Below, piece after piece: positions 40,395-50,177 of a stretch of DNA of 64,000 nucleotides. The stretch is from Pseudomonadota bacterium. GTDB lineage: Bacteria; Myxococcota; JACRCW01; JAFGSX01. The position numbers and the translations under genes were made by a program. Location of the stretch: positions 128,001-192,000 of the forward strand of contig JBDRCO010000068.1 of NCBI GenBank assembly GCA_043821645.1. Reading direction: 5' to 3'. Each line of letters starts with the position of its first letter. The first letter of the stretch is position 1. The notes under the pieces are model-generated. The model was not told the origin of the DNA. It worked only from the letters and a program-made list of their open reading frames with translations, and did no database searches.

Positions 40395-41024
40395 GTGTCA
40401 AGGTTGACACACAGATCTCATGCAAGAAGCTCGCTGCCGTCGGTGCTCTGGCTGCTCCTGACACCGCTCCTGGCAGGCTCTGCGGGCGACCTGACCCTCT
40501 CGCTGGGCGGCGGCTACCAGGGTGAGGCGGACCCCCAGCAACGCGCTCATCGTGCCCAGCTGGGGCTGGGGCTGGATGCGGCCTTCAACAACCGTGGGCG
40601 CCTGCTGCTGCGCACGCGCTACAGCCAGTTGCTGTACCAGGAAAGTCTCGACGCGCGCGTCGCTCCGGTGGCGATGAGCCACAACGGGCTCGACCTGAGC
40701 GCCGGGGCCGTGGTGCTCATCGATCGCCTCCCCGGGGTCGAGCCGCTGCTCCTCGTCGAGCTGAGCGGAGGCTATCACCCGCTCGCCGCTGCCCCTGCCC
40801 GCACGGGCTGGGCACCGCAGCTTCGCGCCGGTGCTGCCGTGGGTGTGGGTGCCGACGTGCTGCTGGGCGGCGGCTGGATCCTCGGCGTGGTGGCGCGCTA
40901 CAGCCTGAACAACACCATGGAGGGCTGGATGCAAAGTGTGCAGCCCGCCAGCGGCCTGGCCCTGGAGGTCAGCGTTGGCTATCGTCTGCAAGTGGGGCGG
41001 ACTGTCGACGAGAAAAAGCTCTGA
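40395..41024 (+). CDS. Putative small outer-membrane beta-barrel protein (start uncertain)
   Basis: Hydrophobic signal then amphipathic strands (LSLGGGY, LGLGLD, VGVGADV, LEVSVGYRL). Confidence 0.55.
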   Translation: MSRLTHRSHARSSLPSVLWLLLTPLLAGSAGDLTLSLGGGYQGEADPQQRAHRAQLGLGLDAAFNNRGRLLLRTRYSQLLYQESLDARVAPVAMSHNGLDLSAGAVVLIDRLPGVEPLLLVELSGGYHPLAAAPARTGWAPQLRAGAAVGVGADVLLGGGWILGVVARYSLNNTMEGWMQSVQPASGLALEVSVGYRLQVGRTVDEKKL

Positions 41025-41030
41025 ATTCGC

Positions 41031-41405
41031 TCAGAAACAAGCGCCCGTGCTGGAGCTGTCGGCAAGAGATCGGCACTCCTGCCCTGGCGGACAGGCGCTC
41101 TCGCGTGCGGAAGAGCCCGGGGTGCACGACAGGCGGCAGCCGTGATCGGACTCCCAGGGCATTCGCACACAGAGCAGGTCGCGGTGGTTCTTGACCGCCT
41201 CGAACTCGTCGCAGTCTGCGTCCGTGCCGCAGCGCTGTCCCGGCCCCTCGCACACACCATTGCAGCGGAAGCCGTAGGGGCAGTCGTCCTCGGTGTCGCA
41301 GGGGATGCGGTCGTAAAAGTCGATGCAGGCCGCTGCGGCGACCAGCAGCACCAGCAGGGCGATCCAGGGCGGGGCCAGACGTAGCGATCGGTTGAGGGCG
41401 CTCAT
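41031..41405 (-). CDS. Small Cys-rich lipoprotein
   Basis: Lipobox AAAC, repeated CxTDxDC motifs; coupled to upstream gene. Confidence 0.7.
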   Translation of the reverse strand: MSALNRSLRLAPPWIALLVLLVAAAACIDFYDRIPCDTEDDCPYGFRCNGVCEGPGQRCGTDADCDEFEAVKNHRDLLCVRMPWESDHGCRLSCTPGSSARESACPPGQECRSLADSSSTGACF

Positions 41406-42601
41406 AGGCTACCTCCCGCCACACCGGCGCCCACCGCGAGGGCCACCGCGCCGACACCGAGCAGCACGAAGCCGACGGTCTGAAAGGTTTGACCCTGTTC
41501 GATGATGGCACGCACCTGGTTCTCGGCGTGACGTTGCGTCTCCAGTTCCTGGTCCGCGAACACGGCATTGAGAAGGGCCAGGCCGCCACCGCCGGCCAGC
41601 ACCAGACCCAGGCCGGCAACCCCGGCGCCGATGAACACGCCCGCACTCAGGCTGCTCTTCTCGTCGTCGGTGACCGGTGTCGTGGTCCCGGGATCCTCGA
41701 CCGCAGCCGTGGTCTCGGTGCCGGTCTCGGTGCCGACAGCCTCGGATCCGCTCTCCACTTCGGTGGCCTCGACGGTGCTGGTCTCCGTGGCCACGGTGCT
41801 GCTGCTGCCGTCCGTGGTCTCCACAGTGGTGGTGGAGGTCGAGGTGTCGGTACCCGTCGCTGCGGTGGTGTCCACGGCCGTGGTGGTGGTGCTCCCCGTG
41901 GTGCCGGTCGCCGCAGGCGTCGTGGTCGTCGTCGCGGGAGGCGTGGTCGTGGCCGCAGGCGTCGTGGTCGTGGTCGGTGGAGTGACCGCGGCAGTGGCAG
42001 TCGGCGGTGTGGTCACCGCCGCGGTGGCCACCTCGTCAGGCGGGAGCTTCGAGATCGAGGACAGCAGCTTGGCCGTGACCCGGGGCAAGCCCTTGCTGTC
42101 GAGGAGACTCGAGGCGTCCTTGCCCTTGACGCGATCGGTGACCCGGGCCACCACCTGGCTGGTCCGCGTGTCCACGGCCAGGGCATCGACCAGGAAGGTC
42201 GAACCGACCTTGCTCACGGTGGCGGACAGTGCCACGCCGCAACCCACCGAGCGCGCCACCTCGACCACGCAAGGTCCGGACACGCAGGCGTCGATGAAGG
42301 TCGCGATGTTGGGGGACCCCAGACGCACCTCGTCGCCGCTCACGATCTCGCGCCCCTTGCTCCAGGCATGGCTGCGCACCGTCGTCAGGATGGCTGCGGA
42401 CAGCGGCGGCCCCATGGATTCTTCCATGCCCACCGACGGCTTGATCCCGTGCACGTAGACTTTCTTGATGGTGATGGTCGCGCTGCTCGGGAGTCCGGCG
42501 GTGGCCGGAGCCCAGGGCACGAAGGCATCCTCGGCCCAGGCCTCGGTGCTCAGACCAAGGGTGGCAAGCAGCGTGCACACCGCGACATGACCAGCTCTCA
42601 T
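41402..42601 (-). CDS. Membrane protein with CsgG/TolB_N-like alpha-beta domain, Thr-rich linker and two C-terminal TM helices
   Basis: Signal peptide (AWA-ED), C...CVVEVARSVG...VSKVGSTFLV pattern, long PT/TTT linker, glycine-zipper TMs. Confidence 0.7.
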   Translation of the reverse strand: MRAGHVAVCTLLATLGLSTEAWAEDAFVPWAPATAGLPSSATITIKKVYVHGIKPSVGMEESMGPPLSAAILTTVRSHAWSKGREIVSGDEVRLGSPNIATFIDACVSGPCVVEVARSVGCGVALSATVSKVGSTFLVDALAVDTRTSQVVARVTDRVKGKDASSLLDSKGLPRVTAKLLSSISKLPPDEVATAAVTTPPTATAAVTPPTTTTTPAATTTPPATTTTTPAATGTTGSTTTTAVDTTAATGTDTSTSTTTVETTDGSSSTVATETSTVEATEVESGSEAVGTETGTETTAAVEDPGTTTPVTDDEKSSLSAGVFIGAGVAGLGLVLAGGGGLALLNAVFADQELETQRHAENQVRAIIEQGQTFQTVGFVLLGVGAVALAVGAGVAGGSL

Positions 42602-42730
42602 TGTCGCCTCGTGGAGGTGGACGAGGGTTGACGATCTCGACACACCGTCTGCACAGCACTTATCACGTCGCCGCAGCAGGCTAAAGCCTGATATTGTCTG
42701 CGGTCTCAACGGGGCTGTGTCGACGGTCAC

Positions 42731-43783
42731 ATGAACGCGCTCTCGGTCACCAGGCGAGACAGCCAGACGCTCGATGCCGCGGCGTGGTCCAACCGCATCG
42801 AGGCCCTGTTCGAACTCGCGGACCCCTGCCAGCTCTGTCCTCACCGCTGCGGCGCGCACCGCCTGCACGGCGAGCGCGGACGTTGCCTGGTGGGAGACCG
42901 GGCCCTGCTGGCCAGCGCCTGCGTGCATCGAGGCGAGGAGCCGGTGCTCGGTGGGACGCGCGGGGTCGGCAACCTGTTCTTTGGCGGCTGCACCCTGCGC
43001 TGCGTGATCTGCCAGAACCACCAGATCAGCCAAACGCTGCGCGGCCAGCGCATCCCTGCGCGAGGCCCTGGCATCCAGTGCCTGCGCCCGGGGGCGGAGG
43101 CCATTGAGGCTCGCTGGGCCGTCGACGCCGAGGCCTTGCACGCGTCCATGCTGGATCTGCTCGAGCGAGGCGCGCCGGTGATCGGCCTGGTGTCCCCGAC
43201 CCCGCACCTGCCATGGGTGGTGCAAGCTCTGGCTCGCCTGCAGGTCGGCGGGCGGCATGTTCCCATCCTCTACAACAGCAGTGGCTATGAGCGGGTCGAG
43301 GTCCTTGCGCTGCTCGACGGCGTGGTGGACCTGTACCTGCCCGACCTCAAGCATGTGACCCCGCGTGTGGCTGGCCGGCTGTGCGCCGCCCCGGACTACC
43401 CGCAGCACGCGCTCGCTGCCATCCAGGTGATGCACGAACAGGTCGGGTCCCTGCAGCTCGGTGACGACGGGATCGCGCGCCGCGGCCTGCTGGTCCGCCA
43501 CCTGGTGCTGCCGGGACACGTGACCGAGTCAGAACGTGTGCTGCGCGAACTCGCCGGGCGCCTTGGCACCGAGATCGGCGTCAGCCTGCTCGCCCAGTAC
43601 CACCCCAGGCACCACGCGCAGGTGCTGGGGCCACTGGCCCGCCGGCTGCGTCGAGATGAATACCGCCGCGTGCTCCGCTGTCTCGAAGACCTTGGCTTCG
43701 AGCAGGGCTACACCCAGGACCTGGAGGCTCCGGATAGCTACCTGCCCGATTTCGAGCGCGCGCAGCATCCCTTCGAGCCGTGA
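42731..43783 (+). CDS. Radical SAM protein (PflX-like)
   Basis: CQLCPHRC, GEEPVL, CTLRCVICQN, LYLPDLK, RGLLVRHLVLPG. Confidence 0.92.
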   Translation: MNALSVTRRDSQTLDAAAWSNRIEALFELADPCQLCPHRCGAHRLHGERGRCLVGDRALLASACVHRGEEPVLGGTRGVGNLFFGGCTLRCVICQNHQISQTLRGQRIPARGPGIQCLRPGAEAIEARWAVDAEALHASMLDLLERGAPVIGLVSPTPHLPWVVQALARLQVGGRHVPILYNSSGYERVEVLALLDGVVDLYLPDLKHVTPRVAGRLCAAPDYPQHALAAIQVMHEQVGSLQLGDDGIARRGLLVRHLVLPGHVTESERVLRELAGRLGTEIGVSLLAQYHPRHHAQVLGPLARRLRRDEYRRVLRCLEDLGFEQGYTQDLEAPDSYLPDFERAQHPFEP

Positions 43784-43789
43784 CAGCCC

Positions 43790-45046
43790 TCAGCGCCGCA
43801 CCAGCACCAACCGTGGTCCAGGTTCACGCTGCACCCGACCGGCGAGTTCGAGCTCGAGCACGCTGCTGGCGAGCTCCCCTGCACTGAGCCCGAGCCTCCG
43901 ACCCAGGGCGTCGAGTTCGACGCCAGCCGGCGCGCTGGCCAGGACCTCGACCATGGCCCGGGCAGCGCTGCTCAGCTCCTCGTCGACGGGAGCACTGGAA
44001 CCACCGGGTGCGGGGCCCTGGACAGGGGTGTTCGTCGACGCCGGTCGAGAACGCCGAGTTCTCTTCGGGCGGGGTCTCGCCCCCAGTTCGAGCTGCGTGA
44101 CCGGTGCTCGGGACGCGCTCCCACCGTCGCCGCCACATTGTGCATCCAGGGCCTGCATCACGTCGTCGACGTGGCGGCACACCAGCGCGCCCCCGGCGAG
44201 CAGATCGTTGGGGGTCGCCGCCCGGGCATCGCGGAGGTCACCCGGCACCGCCAGGATCGTGCGTCCGAGCCTGCGCGCCCAGTCCGCGGTGATGCGGGCG
44301 CCACTGCGTGCGCGCCCCTGAACCACCACCACCACCTGGGACAGGGCCGCCACCAGCCGGTTGCGGCGCGGGTACATCCAGTTCAGGAGGGGTGCAGCCC
44401 AATACACCTCGCTGAGGACCATCGCGCTGGACCACAGCCAGCGCAGATGGTCGGGCCTGGCTTCGTGCTCGGCATCGAAGCTGCCTCCGAGCACGCACAG
44501 GGTTTCACCACCACCCTCCCGAGCACCCCGATGCGCTGCGGTGTCAATGCCGCGAGCGCCACCGCTGACGACGAGGATGTCGTGCCGAGCCAGGTCGCGA
44601 GCCAGATCGTGGGTCCACTGCAGAGCCTCCCGGCTCGCTTCGCGCGTGCCCACGATGGCGACCCGCGAAGCACCGAGAGAAGTGGGCAGCAGCCGTGGGC
44701 TGGCTGCCAGGAAGACGGGTGGGTCCGGCAGATCGAGGAGACCGGGTAGGCGGTCGACCTCTTCGGGGGGCAGCAGATGGCCACCGGGTTCGAGACCGCG
44801 GCGAATCCTTTCGCCCCAGGCAGCGAGCTGCTCCCTGTCCTCGAGCAGCTCCTGCACACATCCCTGGACGTCCGGGTTCAAGCCCACCTGCGCCAGATCG
44901 CTGGCGTCGAGGTCGCCTGCGGGACGCGGACCGAAGTGTGCGCGCAGGGAGCGCAGACTGGTGGGACCCAGGCCGTCGATGGCAGCGAGCAGGATGGCGT
45001 CGAGGGGAATCTCGGCCGGCGATGTGGGTGCCGGGAGGTCAGGCAT
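43790..45046 (-). CDS. dprA: DNA-processing protein DprA
   Basis: AIVGTR, VSGGARGIDTAAH, RNRLVAALS, SGARITA, C-terminal winged helix LELELAG. Confidence 0.93.
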   Translation of the reverse strand: MPDLPAPTSPAEIPLDAILLAAIDGLGPTSLRSLRAHFGPRPAGDLDASDLAQVGLNPDVQGCVQELLEDREQLAAWGERIRRGLEPGGHLLPPEEVDRLPGLLDLPDPPVFLAASPRLLPTSLGASRVAIVGTREASREALQWTHDLARDLARHDILVVSGGARGIDTAAHRGAREGGGETLCVLGGSFDAEHEARPDHLRWLWSSAMVLSEVYWAAPLLNWMYPRRNRLVAALSQVVVVVQGRARSGARITADWARRLGRTILAVPGDLRDARAATPNDLLAGGALVCRHVDDVMQALDAQCGGDGGSASRAPVTQLELGARPRPKRTRRSRPASTNTPVQGPAPGGSSAPVDEELSSAARAMVEVLASAPAGVELDALGRRLGLSAGELASSVLELELAGRVQREPGPRLVLVRR

Positions 45047-45054
45047 GCGCGGGC

Positions 45055-46233
45055 TCAGCCGTCCGTGCGCATCTCGATGCGGTCGCCAGGATACATCTCG
45101 CGGTTGGACTTGAGCACCACCGCGGTCGACACGTCGTCGCGAACGTCCACCACCAGCAGGCGGCCGATGATCTCGTCAGGGTAGTCCTCTACGCGTCCCG
45201 TCAGGCCGTCCCCGGCTCGCAGCACGGTGAAGGTGTTGCCAGCCACGACGCCAGCCTTGCTGCCCTGGTCCACGAACACGAAATAGTACTCGCCGCTGAT
45301 CTGGGAGAACTCCAGCACGTTGTCGACGATGTAGCCCTTGAGCTTCTTGGTGTTGGCGACCTCGTTGATGCGAGGATTGAAGTCGGCAGACACGGGGCCA
45401 GCCTTGTCCCCGCGCACGATCGGGTCATAGGCCGCCGTGATGACGGCGGTGCTGATCTTGCCGTCGATCTTCTCGACCGAGGCGGCGCCCAGGACCTCGG
45501 TCACGTAGCCCAGGTTGCTCCCGGTGATGGGGTGGCGGACCTCCCGCGAGACCCGGAATAGCTCGTACTGCTGCCCCGGCTGAGCCGAGCTGCTCATGCG
45601 GATATACACGCGCTGGAACAGGGTCAGCATCTCCTGCTCGGCGAAGGATCCTTCGATCTCACCGGAGCTCTTGAGCTCCTCCCGGGTCACGAAGCTGCGT
45701 CGCCTCGGCACGACCTGCTGGCCGGCGGCGCCGAGCTTGCTTGGCAGATCGGCGGGAGCCTCGAACAGCTCGACCTCGTCCACGGTATCTGGGGTGTCCA
45801 GATCAATATCGTCGCCGCCCTCGTCCGCGACCTCGGTGGGTTCGGTCCCTGGCTCTATCTCCCCTGGCAGGGCACCGGCGCCCGGGTAGAAGCGCACGCG
45901 ATTACCCGGATAGATCCAGTGTGGATTCTCGATCTCTGGGTTGTAGGACCAGATCTTGGGCCAGTACCAGGGATTGTTGAGGAAGCGCTTGCACAGGTCC
46001 CACAGGGTATCCCCCTGCTGCACGGTGTACTCTGTCGGCGCCTGCCCAAGGTCCACCGAAGTCCCCTCGGTGGTCGCCTCGCCCTCCGCGGGGGCAGCAT
46101 CGTCTGCCGGCGCCGCCTCCTCGATCGCATCCCCGGTTCCCTCCTCATCACCCTCCTGGCTAAGACCAAGGACGGGAATCCACAGAAGACCGGCAGCAAC
46201 CAGGGCAGTCCAACGTGGCCAGCGCATGTGCAA
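45055..46233 (-). CDS. LysM peptidoglycan-binding protein
   Basis: YTVQQGDTLWDL...PWYWPKIWSYNPEIENPHWIYPG; usual neighbour of dprA. Confidence 0.92.
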   Translation of the reverse strand: MHMRWPRWTALVAAGLLWIPVLGLSQEGDEEGTGDAIEEAAPADDAAPAEGEATTEGTSVDLGQAPTEYTVQQGDTLWDLCKRFLNNPWYWPKIWSYNPEIENPHWIYPGNRVRFYPGAGALPGEIEPGTEPTEVADEGGDDIDLDTPDTVDEVELFEAPADLPSKLGAAGQQVVPRRRSFVTREELKSSGEIEGSFAEQEMLTLFQRVYIRMSSSAQPGQQYELFRVSREVRHPITGSNLGYVTEVLGAASVEKIDGKISTAVITAAYDPIVRGDKAGPVSADFNPRINEVANTKKLKGYIVDNVLEFSQISGEYYFVFVDQGSKAGVVAGNTFTVLRAGDGLTGRVEDYPDEIIGRLLVVDVRDDVSTAVVLKSNREMYPGDRIEMRTDG

Positions 46234-46397
46234 ACTCCTTATCTTGAGGGTCCGTCGCCGAGACCCTGCCCCGTCGCACTGATCCGACGGAGCCCCTGCC
46301 AGGTAGCGAGACCGCGTGGGCCGGACCCACCACGAGCGTCGGGGTCCATGGTAAAGAACAATGGGCCCGCCGGCAAATTTCCGACCCGCCTTTCTTG

Positions 46398-47162
46398 TCA
46401 GGGTGCCGTGGCGCCCTCCGCGAGCAGCACCCTGGCCTCCCGGGCCGCGGTCGATGCCGGGAACTGCTCAACCACCTGGGCCAGATAGACGCGCGCGCTT
46501 ACCTGGTCGTTCAGGGACCGGTAGCAGCGGGCAATGCGCAGCAATGCGTCCGGCACCTTGTCACTTCGGGGATACTGCACCACGACCTGCTGCAGCTGTT
46601 CGATGGCGCGCGCGTATTGGCCGGATCCCTGGAAGCACGCACCTCTCCAGAAGACGGCGTTGTCTGCCAGATCATGTTGCGGGTCCTGCCGCGCGATCTC
46701 CTCGAAGGCCGTCGCAGCCCGCTCGTAATCGCCAGCCTGGAACAGCGCCCTCGCCCTTTCGTAGCTCTCGGCGACCGCCGAGGTCGCACGTCCAGGGTTG
46801 CCGCGGCGCGGTCCTGGCCGCTCGTCTTCGTGAAGGCGGAGCACCACAGGCTCGCTCCCATCTTCGGCGGCCCCGGCTTCGAGCTCGTCCCGCTCCGCCT
46901 CTTCGTCGCTCGGATGGGTGGGCGGCAGGTTCACCACGTCGAGGGCGGGAGGCGCCTGCGGCAAGGCTCGATCGACCTTTCCTGCCAGCATGCCGATGCG
47001 TGCATCGAGGTCGGCCAGACGGCGGTCCATGCCGTCCTGACGGCGCGCCATCTCGCGCAGCTCGCGCTCGGTGTCGCTGGCGACCGCAGGGGTGGGATCG
47101 GCGGTGGAACAGGCCAGCACGCCGGTGAGGAGAAGGGATAGCGGGCCTCGCAATGAGATCAA
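46398..47162 (-). CDS. cpoB: Tol-Pal associated TPR protein CpoB/YbgF
   Basis: Lipobox VLAC, coiled coil, LADNAVFWRG, YPRSDKVPDALL; TTG start with GGAG upstream. Confidence 0.85.
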   Translation of the reverse strand: MISLRGPLSLLLTGVLACSTADPTPAVASDTERELREMARRQDGMDRRLADLDARIGMLAGKVDRALPQAPPALDVVNLPPTHPSDEEAERDELEAGAAEDGSEPVVLRLHEDERPGPRRGNPGRATSAVAESYERARALFQAGDYERAATAFEEIARQDPQHDLADNAVFWRGACFQGSGQYARAIEQLQQVVVQYPRSDKVPDALLRIARCYRSLNDQVSARVYLAQVVEQFPASTAAREARVLLAEGATAP

Positions 47163-47238
47163 GGTGTGCTCCAGACCGTGGTTCTCGGGACGGTTCGTCC
47201 GTCGACGCTTGCACCATAGCGCCGTCGGCCACCCGGCT

Positions 47239-47985
47239 TCAATCGTCGGGGAGAAAGTCCAGTGGATCGAGAGGCTGCCGCCCGCGGCGGACCTCGAAGT
47301 GGAGGTGAGGTCCCTCGGAGCGACCGCTCTTGCCAAGGTGGGCAATGAGCTCCCCAACCTTCACGTGCTGACCCATCTTCACGACGACGTCGCGGTTGTG
47401 CGCGTAAACCGTCACCAGTCCACCGCTGTGCTGCAGGATGACGAGGTGGCCAAAGGCCCTGTCGGATCCCACGTAGAGCACGTCGGCGTCAGCCGCCGCG
47501 CGGACAGGCGCACCCTCGGGGGCTCCGAGGTCGATGCCATCGTGCCGGACCCCCTGGCGCAGGCCAAACCCGGAGTAGAGCACGCCCTCGTCCACGGGCC
47601 AGCGCAGGGTGCCGCGGGTGGCCACGGCCGAGCTCGGCTCGGACATCTCCCGGGGAGCGGGATCGGATCCTGCGGTCGGGGGGGGCAAGGGCGCCATCGG
47701 ATCCAGGTCGGGGATAAAGATCAACCGACCGACCTTGAGGTCGCGCGGGTCGCGAATGCCGTTGACTTCGATGAGCTCGTCGACGTCGACGTGATAGCGG
47801 CTGGCCAGGCCCCACAACGTTTCGCCGGCCTTCAGTTCGTGAAACACACCCAGTGCTTCGGTGGCAGCGGGGACTGCAGGTTCCCTCGCCGCAGGCTCGG
47901 GCGGCGGCACGCGCCGCGGACAGGCGCCAAGTGCCAGCAGGAGCAGCAGCGCCCCCAGGGCATGCTCAGACCTGTGCAAAACCAT
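47239..47985 (-). CDS. LysM + M23 peptidase lipoprotein (NlpD-like)
   Basis: LGAC lipobox, LysM (GETLWGLA), HDGID, YAH, GPHLHFEVR. Confidence 0.92.
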   Translation of the reverse strand: MVLHRSEHALGALLLLLALGACPRRVPPPEPAAREPAVPAATEALGVFHELKAGETLWGLASRYHVDVDELIEVNGIRDPRDLKVGRLIFIPDLDPMAPLPPPTAGSDPAPREMSEPSSAVATRGTLRWPVDEGVLYSGFGLRQGVRHDGIDLGAPEGAPVRAAADADVLYVGSDRAFGHLVILQHSGGLVTVYAHNRDVVVKMGQHVKVGELIAHLGKSGRSEGPHLHFEVRRGRQPLDPLDFLPDD

Positions 47986-48727
47986 CCAGAGACCGCTCCT
48001 GCAGCGATCGCGGGGGCTCGCCCGGACCGAACCGGGCTTGCAGGGGCGTGACCGAGATGAGTCCCTGCCCCACCGCCGCGCAGTCGCTGCCCTCGATGTC
48101 CTCATAGCCAGCCCAGGTCCCCGCGATCTGCAGCCGCTGTCCGTCGGCGCCGGGCTCCAGGTGCTCGATGACGTCCCGGTAGCGGTGCTGACCGACCTGC
48201 GTCAGCCTGTAGCGCGCCGGTAAGGCCAGATGCCGCGGCACATTGACGTTGAGCACCGTGCGCGGCGCCATGCCCTCGCGCAGGATCTGCCGGCCCAGCG
48301 TGGTGACGAAGCGCGCGGCAGCGTCGTAGTCGAGATCGTGCCTGCCGACGAGGGACACCGCCATGGCAGGGATATCGCGCAGGGCACCCTCAACCGCTGC
48401 GGCCACCGTGCCCGAGTACAGGATGTCGTCACCGAGATTGCCACCTGCGTTGATGCCCGACACCAGAAGATCCGGGCGCCTCCCCCCAAGCACCACCTCG
48501 CAGGCCACGAAGACGCAATCCACCGGTGTGCCATCCACGGCGTGCACGCCCGGGTCTCGCCTCTCGAGCTGCAAGGGCCGCCGCAGGGACAGTGCGTGAC
48601 TCGACGCCGAACGCTCTGACCTCGGTGCCACGACGATGACCTCACCCAGGGCCTCGAGAGCCGCGCGAGCGGCGTGCAGCCCGGGAGCGTCCACGCCATC
48701 ATCGTTGGTGAGTAGGATCGTCGGCAC
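47966..48727 (-). CDS. surE: 5'/3'-nucleotidase SurE
   Basis: ILLTNDDG, GTPVDCV, SGINAGGN, YSGTVAAA, NVNVP, ISVTPL. Confidence 0.96.
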   Translation of the reverse strand: MPTILLTNDDGVDAPGLHAARAALEALGEVIVVAPRSERSASSHALSLRRPLQLERRDPGVHAVDGTPVDCVFVACEVVLGGRRPDLLVSGINAGGNLGDDILYSGTVAAAVEGALRDIPAMAVSLVGRHDLDYDAAARFVTTLGRQILREGMAPRTVLNVNVPRHLALPARYRLTQVGQHRYRDVIEHLEPGADGQRLQIAGTWAGYEDIEGSDCAAVGQGLISVTPLQARFGPGEPPRSLQERSLDGFAQV

Positions 48728-48856
48728 TGGGAAACCTCTTGCTTGTTGAACAGATACCACCGATGGCTGGCCTGGGCGAGGTGATGCGGGCCTGGCCAGC
48801 TCGGAGCAGGAGGACGGCGCGCTCGCATCCCTGCGCTCGCGACGCGGCAGCTCCCC

Positions 48857-48888
48857 AAAAAGCAAACGGGTGGCACCTGGCCACCCGT
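48857..48888 (-). terminator. Probable Rho-independent terminator downstream of tRNA-Pro
   Basis: Stem ACGGGTGGC/GCCACCCGT followed on the minus strand by TTGCTTTTT. Confidence 0.6.
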
Positions 48889-48922
48889 GAGTCCCGGACG
48901 TACCGGGTTTTTTTCTGAAAAA

Positions 48923-49000
48923 TGGTCGGGGCGAGAGGATTCGAACCTCCGGCCCCTTGACCCCCAGTCAAGTGCGCTAACCAGACTGCGCCACGCCCCG
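48923..49000 (-). tRNA. tRNA-Pro(GGG)
   Basis: Minus strand CGGGGCG...CTTGA-CTGGGGG-TCAAG...GGTTCGAATCC...CGCCCCG-A-CCA. Confidence 0.97.
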
Positions 49001-49159
49001 ACCTGCAGCCACGCCTCTCGACGTGGAAGCGGTGTGCATCATAGCGACGGGGCACCGGCTGTCAATGACCAAAAGGGTGTCGATCTCGGTTCGCGGGCAA
49101 GGCTAGGGCAAAGACGGACCCTGGATACTAACAGTGCAGGTCGATGCTATCTTCTGCCC

Positions 49160-50137
49160 ATGGGCCGAGCGTTCTTCTTGTGCGTCGCGGGTACCCTGCT
49201 GGGCATGTTGACCCCGGGCTGCCTGCTGTGCACCGCCGAGAATCCGGACCTGTGCCTGGAGCTCTTCAATACCTGTGGAGAGGACAAGGGGGTGCCGATC
49301 GCCACCAGCCTCGTCGACCTGGACCTGCGCCAGCAGTTCGTGTGGACCACGGAAGCCCCCGTGGGCAACATGATCGCGGACGCGATCTACGCCATGGCCC
49401 GTCGCCACTGCGGCACGGCAACGCGCCCCTGCCCCGATGCCGCAGTCGAGAACGCCGGCGCCATCCGCTACGAGACGCCCTGTGGCGAACGCGAGCTGAT
49501 CACGGCAGGCCAGCTGTACGAGTCCGACATCCTGCAGATGCTCCCCTTCGCGAGCAACCGGATGGATGTCATCGAGCTGACCGGGCACGATCTGAAGCTG
49601 GCTCTCGAGCATTCGGTCGATCTGCTCGGGCAACGTCGCGCGTCGGAGCAGGGCGGGCACTTTTTGCACGTGTCGCGGCTTCGCTTCGAGGTGGACTGCG
49701 ACCAGCCCTCGCAGGCCCATGACCCGGCGCGCAAGACCATCGTGGTCCCCGGGGCCCGCATCGTCGACGGTTCGCTGATGATCCGCACCGATCCGGGCGC
49801 GCCGGAGGATCTGGCGATCTGGGAGCCCGTGGTGACGGACCGCACCTCAATCTACCGCATCGCGACCAACAGCTTCATTGGCTCCGGCAACGACGGATTC
49901 CTCGCCCTGGTGGCACGCGAGCAAACCGCCGAGGGCGAGACGGCACTGGAAGGCGATTCACCGGTCTGTGACGGCAGCTTCTTGTGCAAGAACCTGTACT
50001 ATGTCGAAGAGGACGGGGTCTTCGCCAACGATGCCCTGGCCGTGGTCAGCTACCTGCGCCAGCAGGGCGAGGTGGCACCCTACATCGACGGCCGCATCTT
50101 CCAGTCCCCGAGCTGCATCATCGGCAGCAGGCGTTGA
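49160..50137 (+). CDS. Lipoprotein containing only the 5'-nucleotidase C-terminal (substrate-binding) domain
   Basis: EAPVGNMIADA, NAGAIR, MLPF, LTGHDLKLALE, FLHVS, YRIATNSFIGSGNDGF, DGRI; no metallophosphoesterase motifs. Confidence 0.85.
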   Translation: MGRAFFLCVAGTLLGMLTPGCLLCTAENPDLCLELFNTCGEDKGVPIATSLVDLDLRQQFVWTTEAPVGNMIADAIYAMARRHCGTATRPCPDAAVENAGAIRYETPCGERELITAGQLYESDILQMLPFASNRMDVIELTGHDLKLALEHSVDLLGQRRASEQGGHFLHVSRLRFEVDCDQPSQAHDPARKTIVVPGARIVDGSLMIRTDPGAPEDLAIWEPVVTDRTSIYRIATNSFIGSGNDGFLALVAREQTAEGETALEGDSPVCDGSFLCKNLYYVEEDGVFANDALAVVSYLRQQGEVAPYIDGRIFQSPSCIIGSRR

Positions 50138-50177
50138 ACAGAGTGCAGACGACCCGGCGCCCGACACCCAAGGGGCG

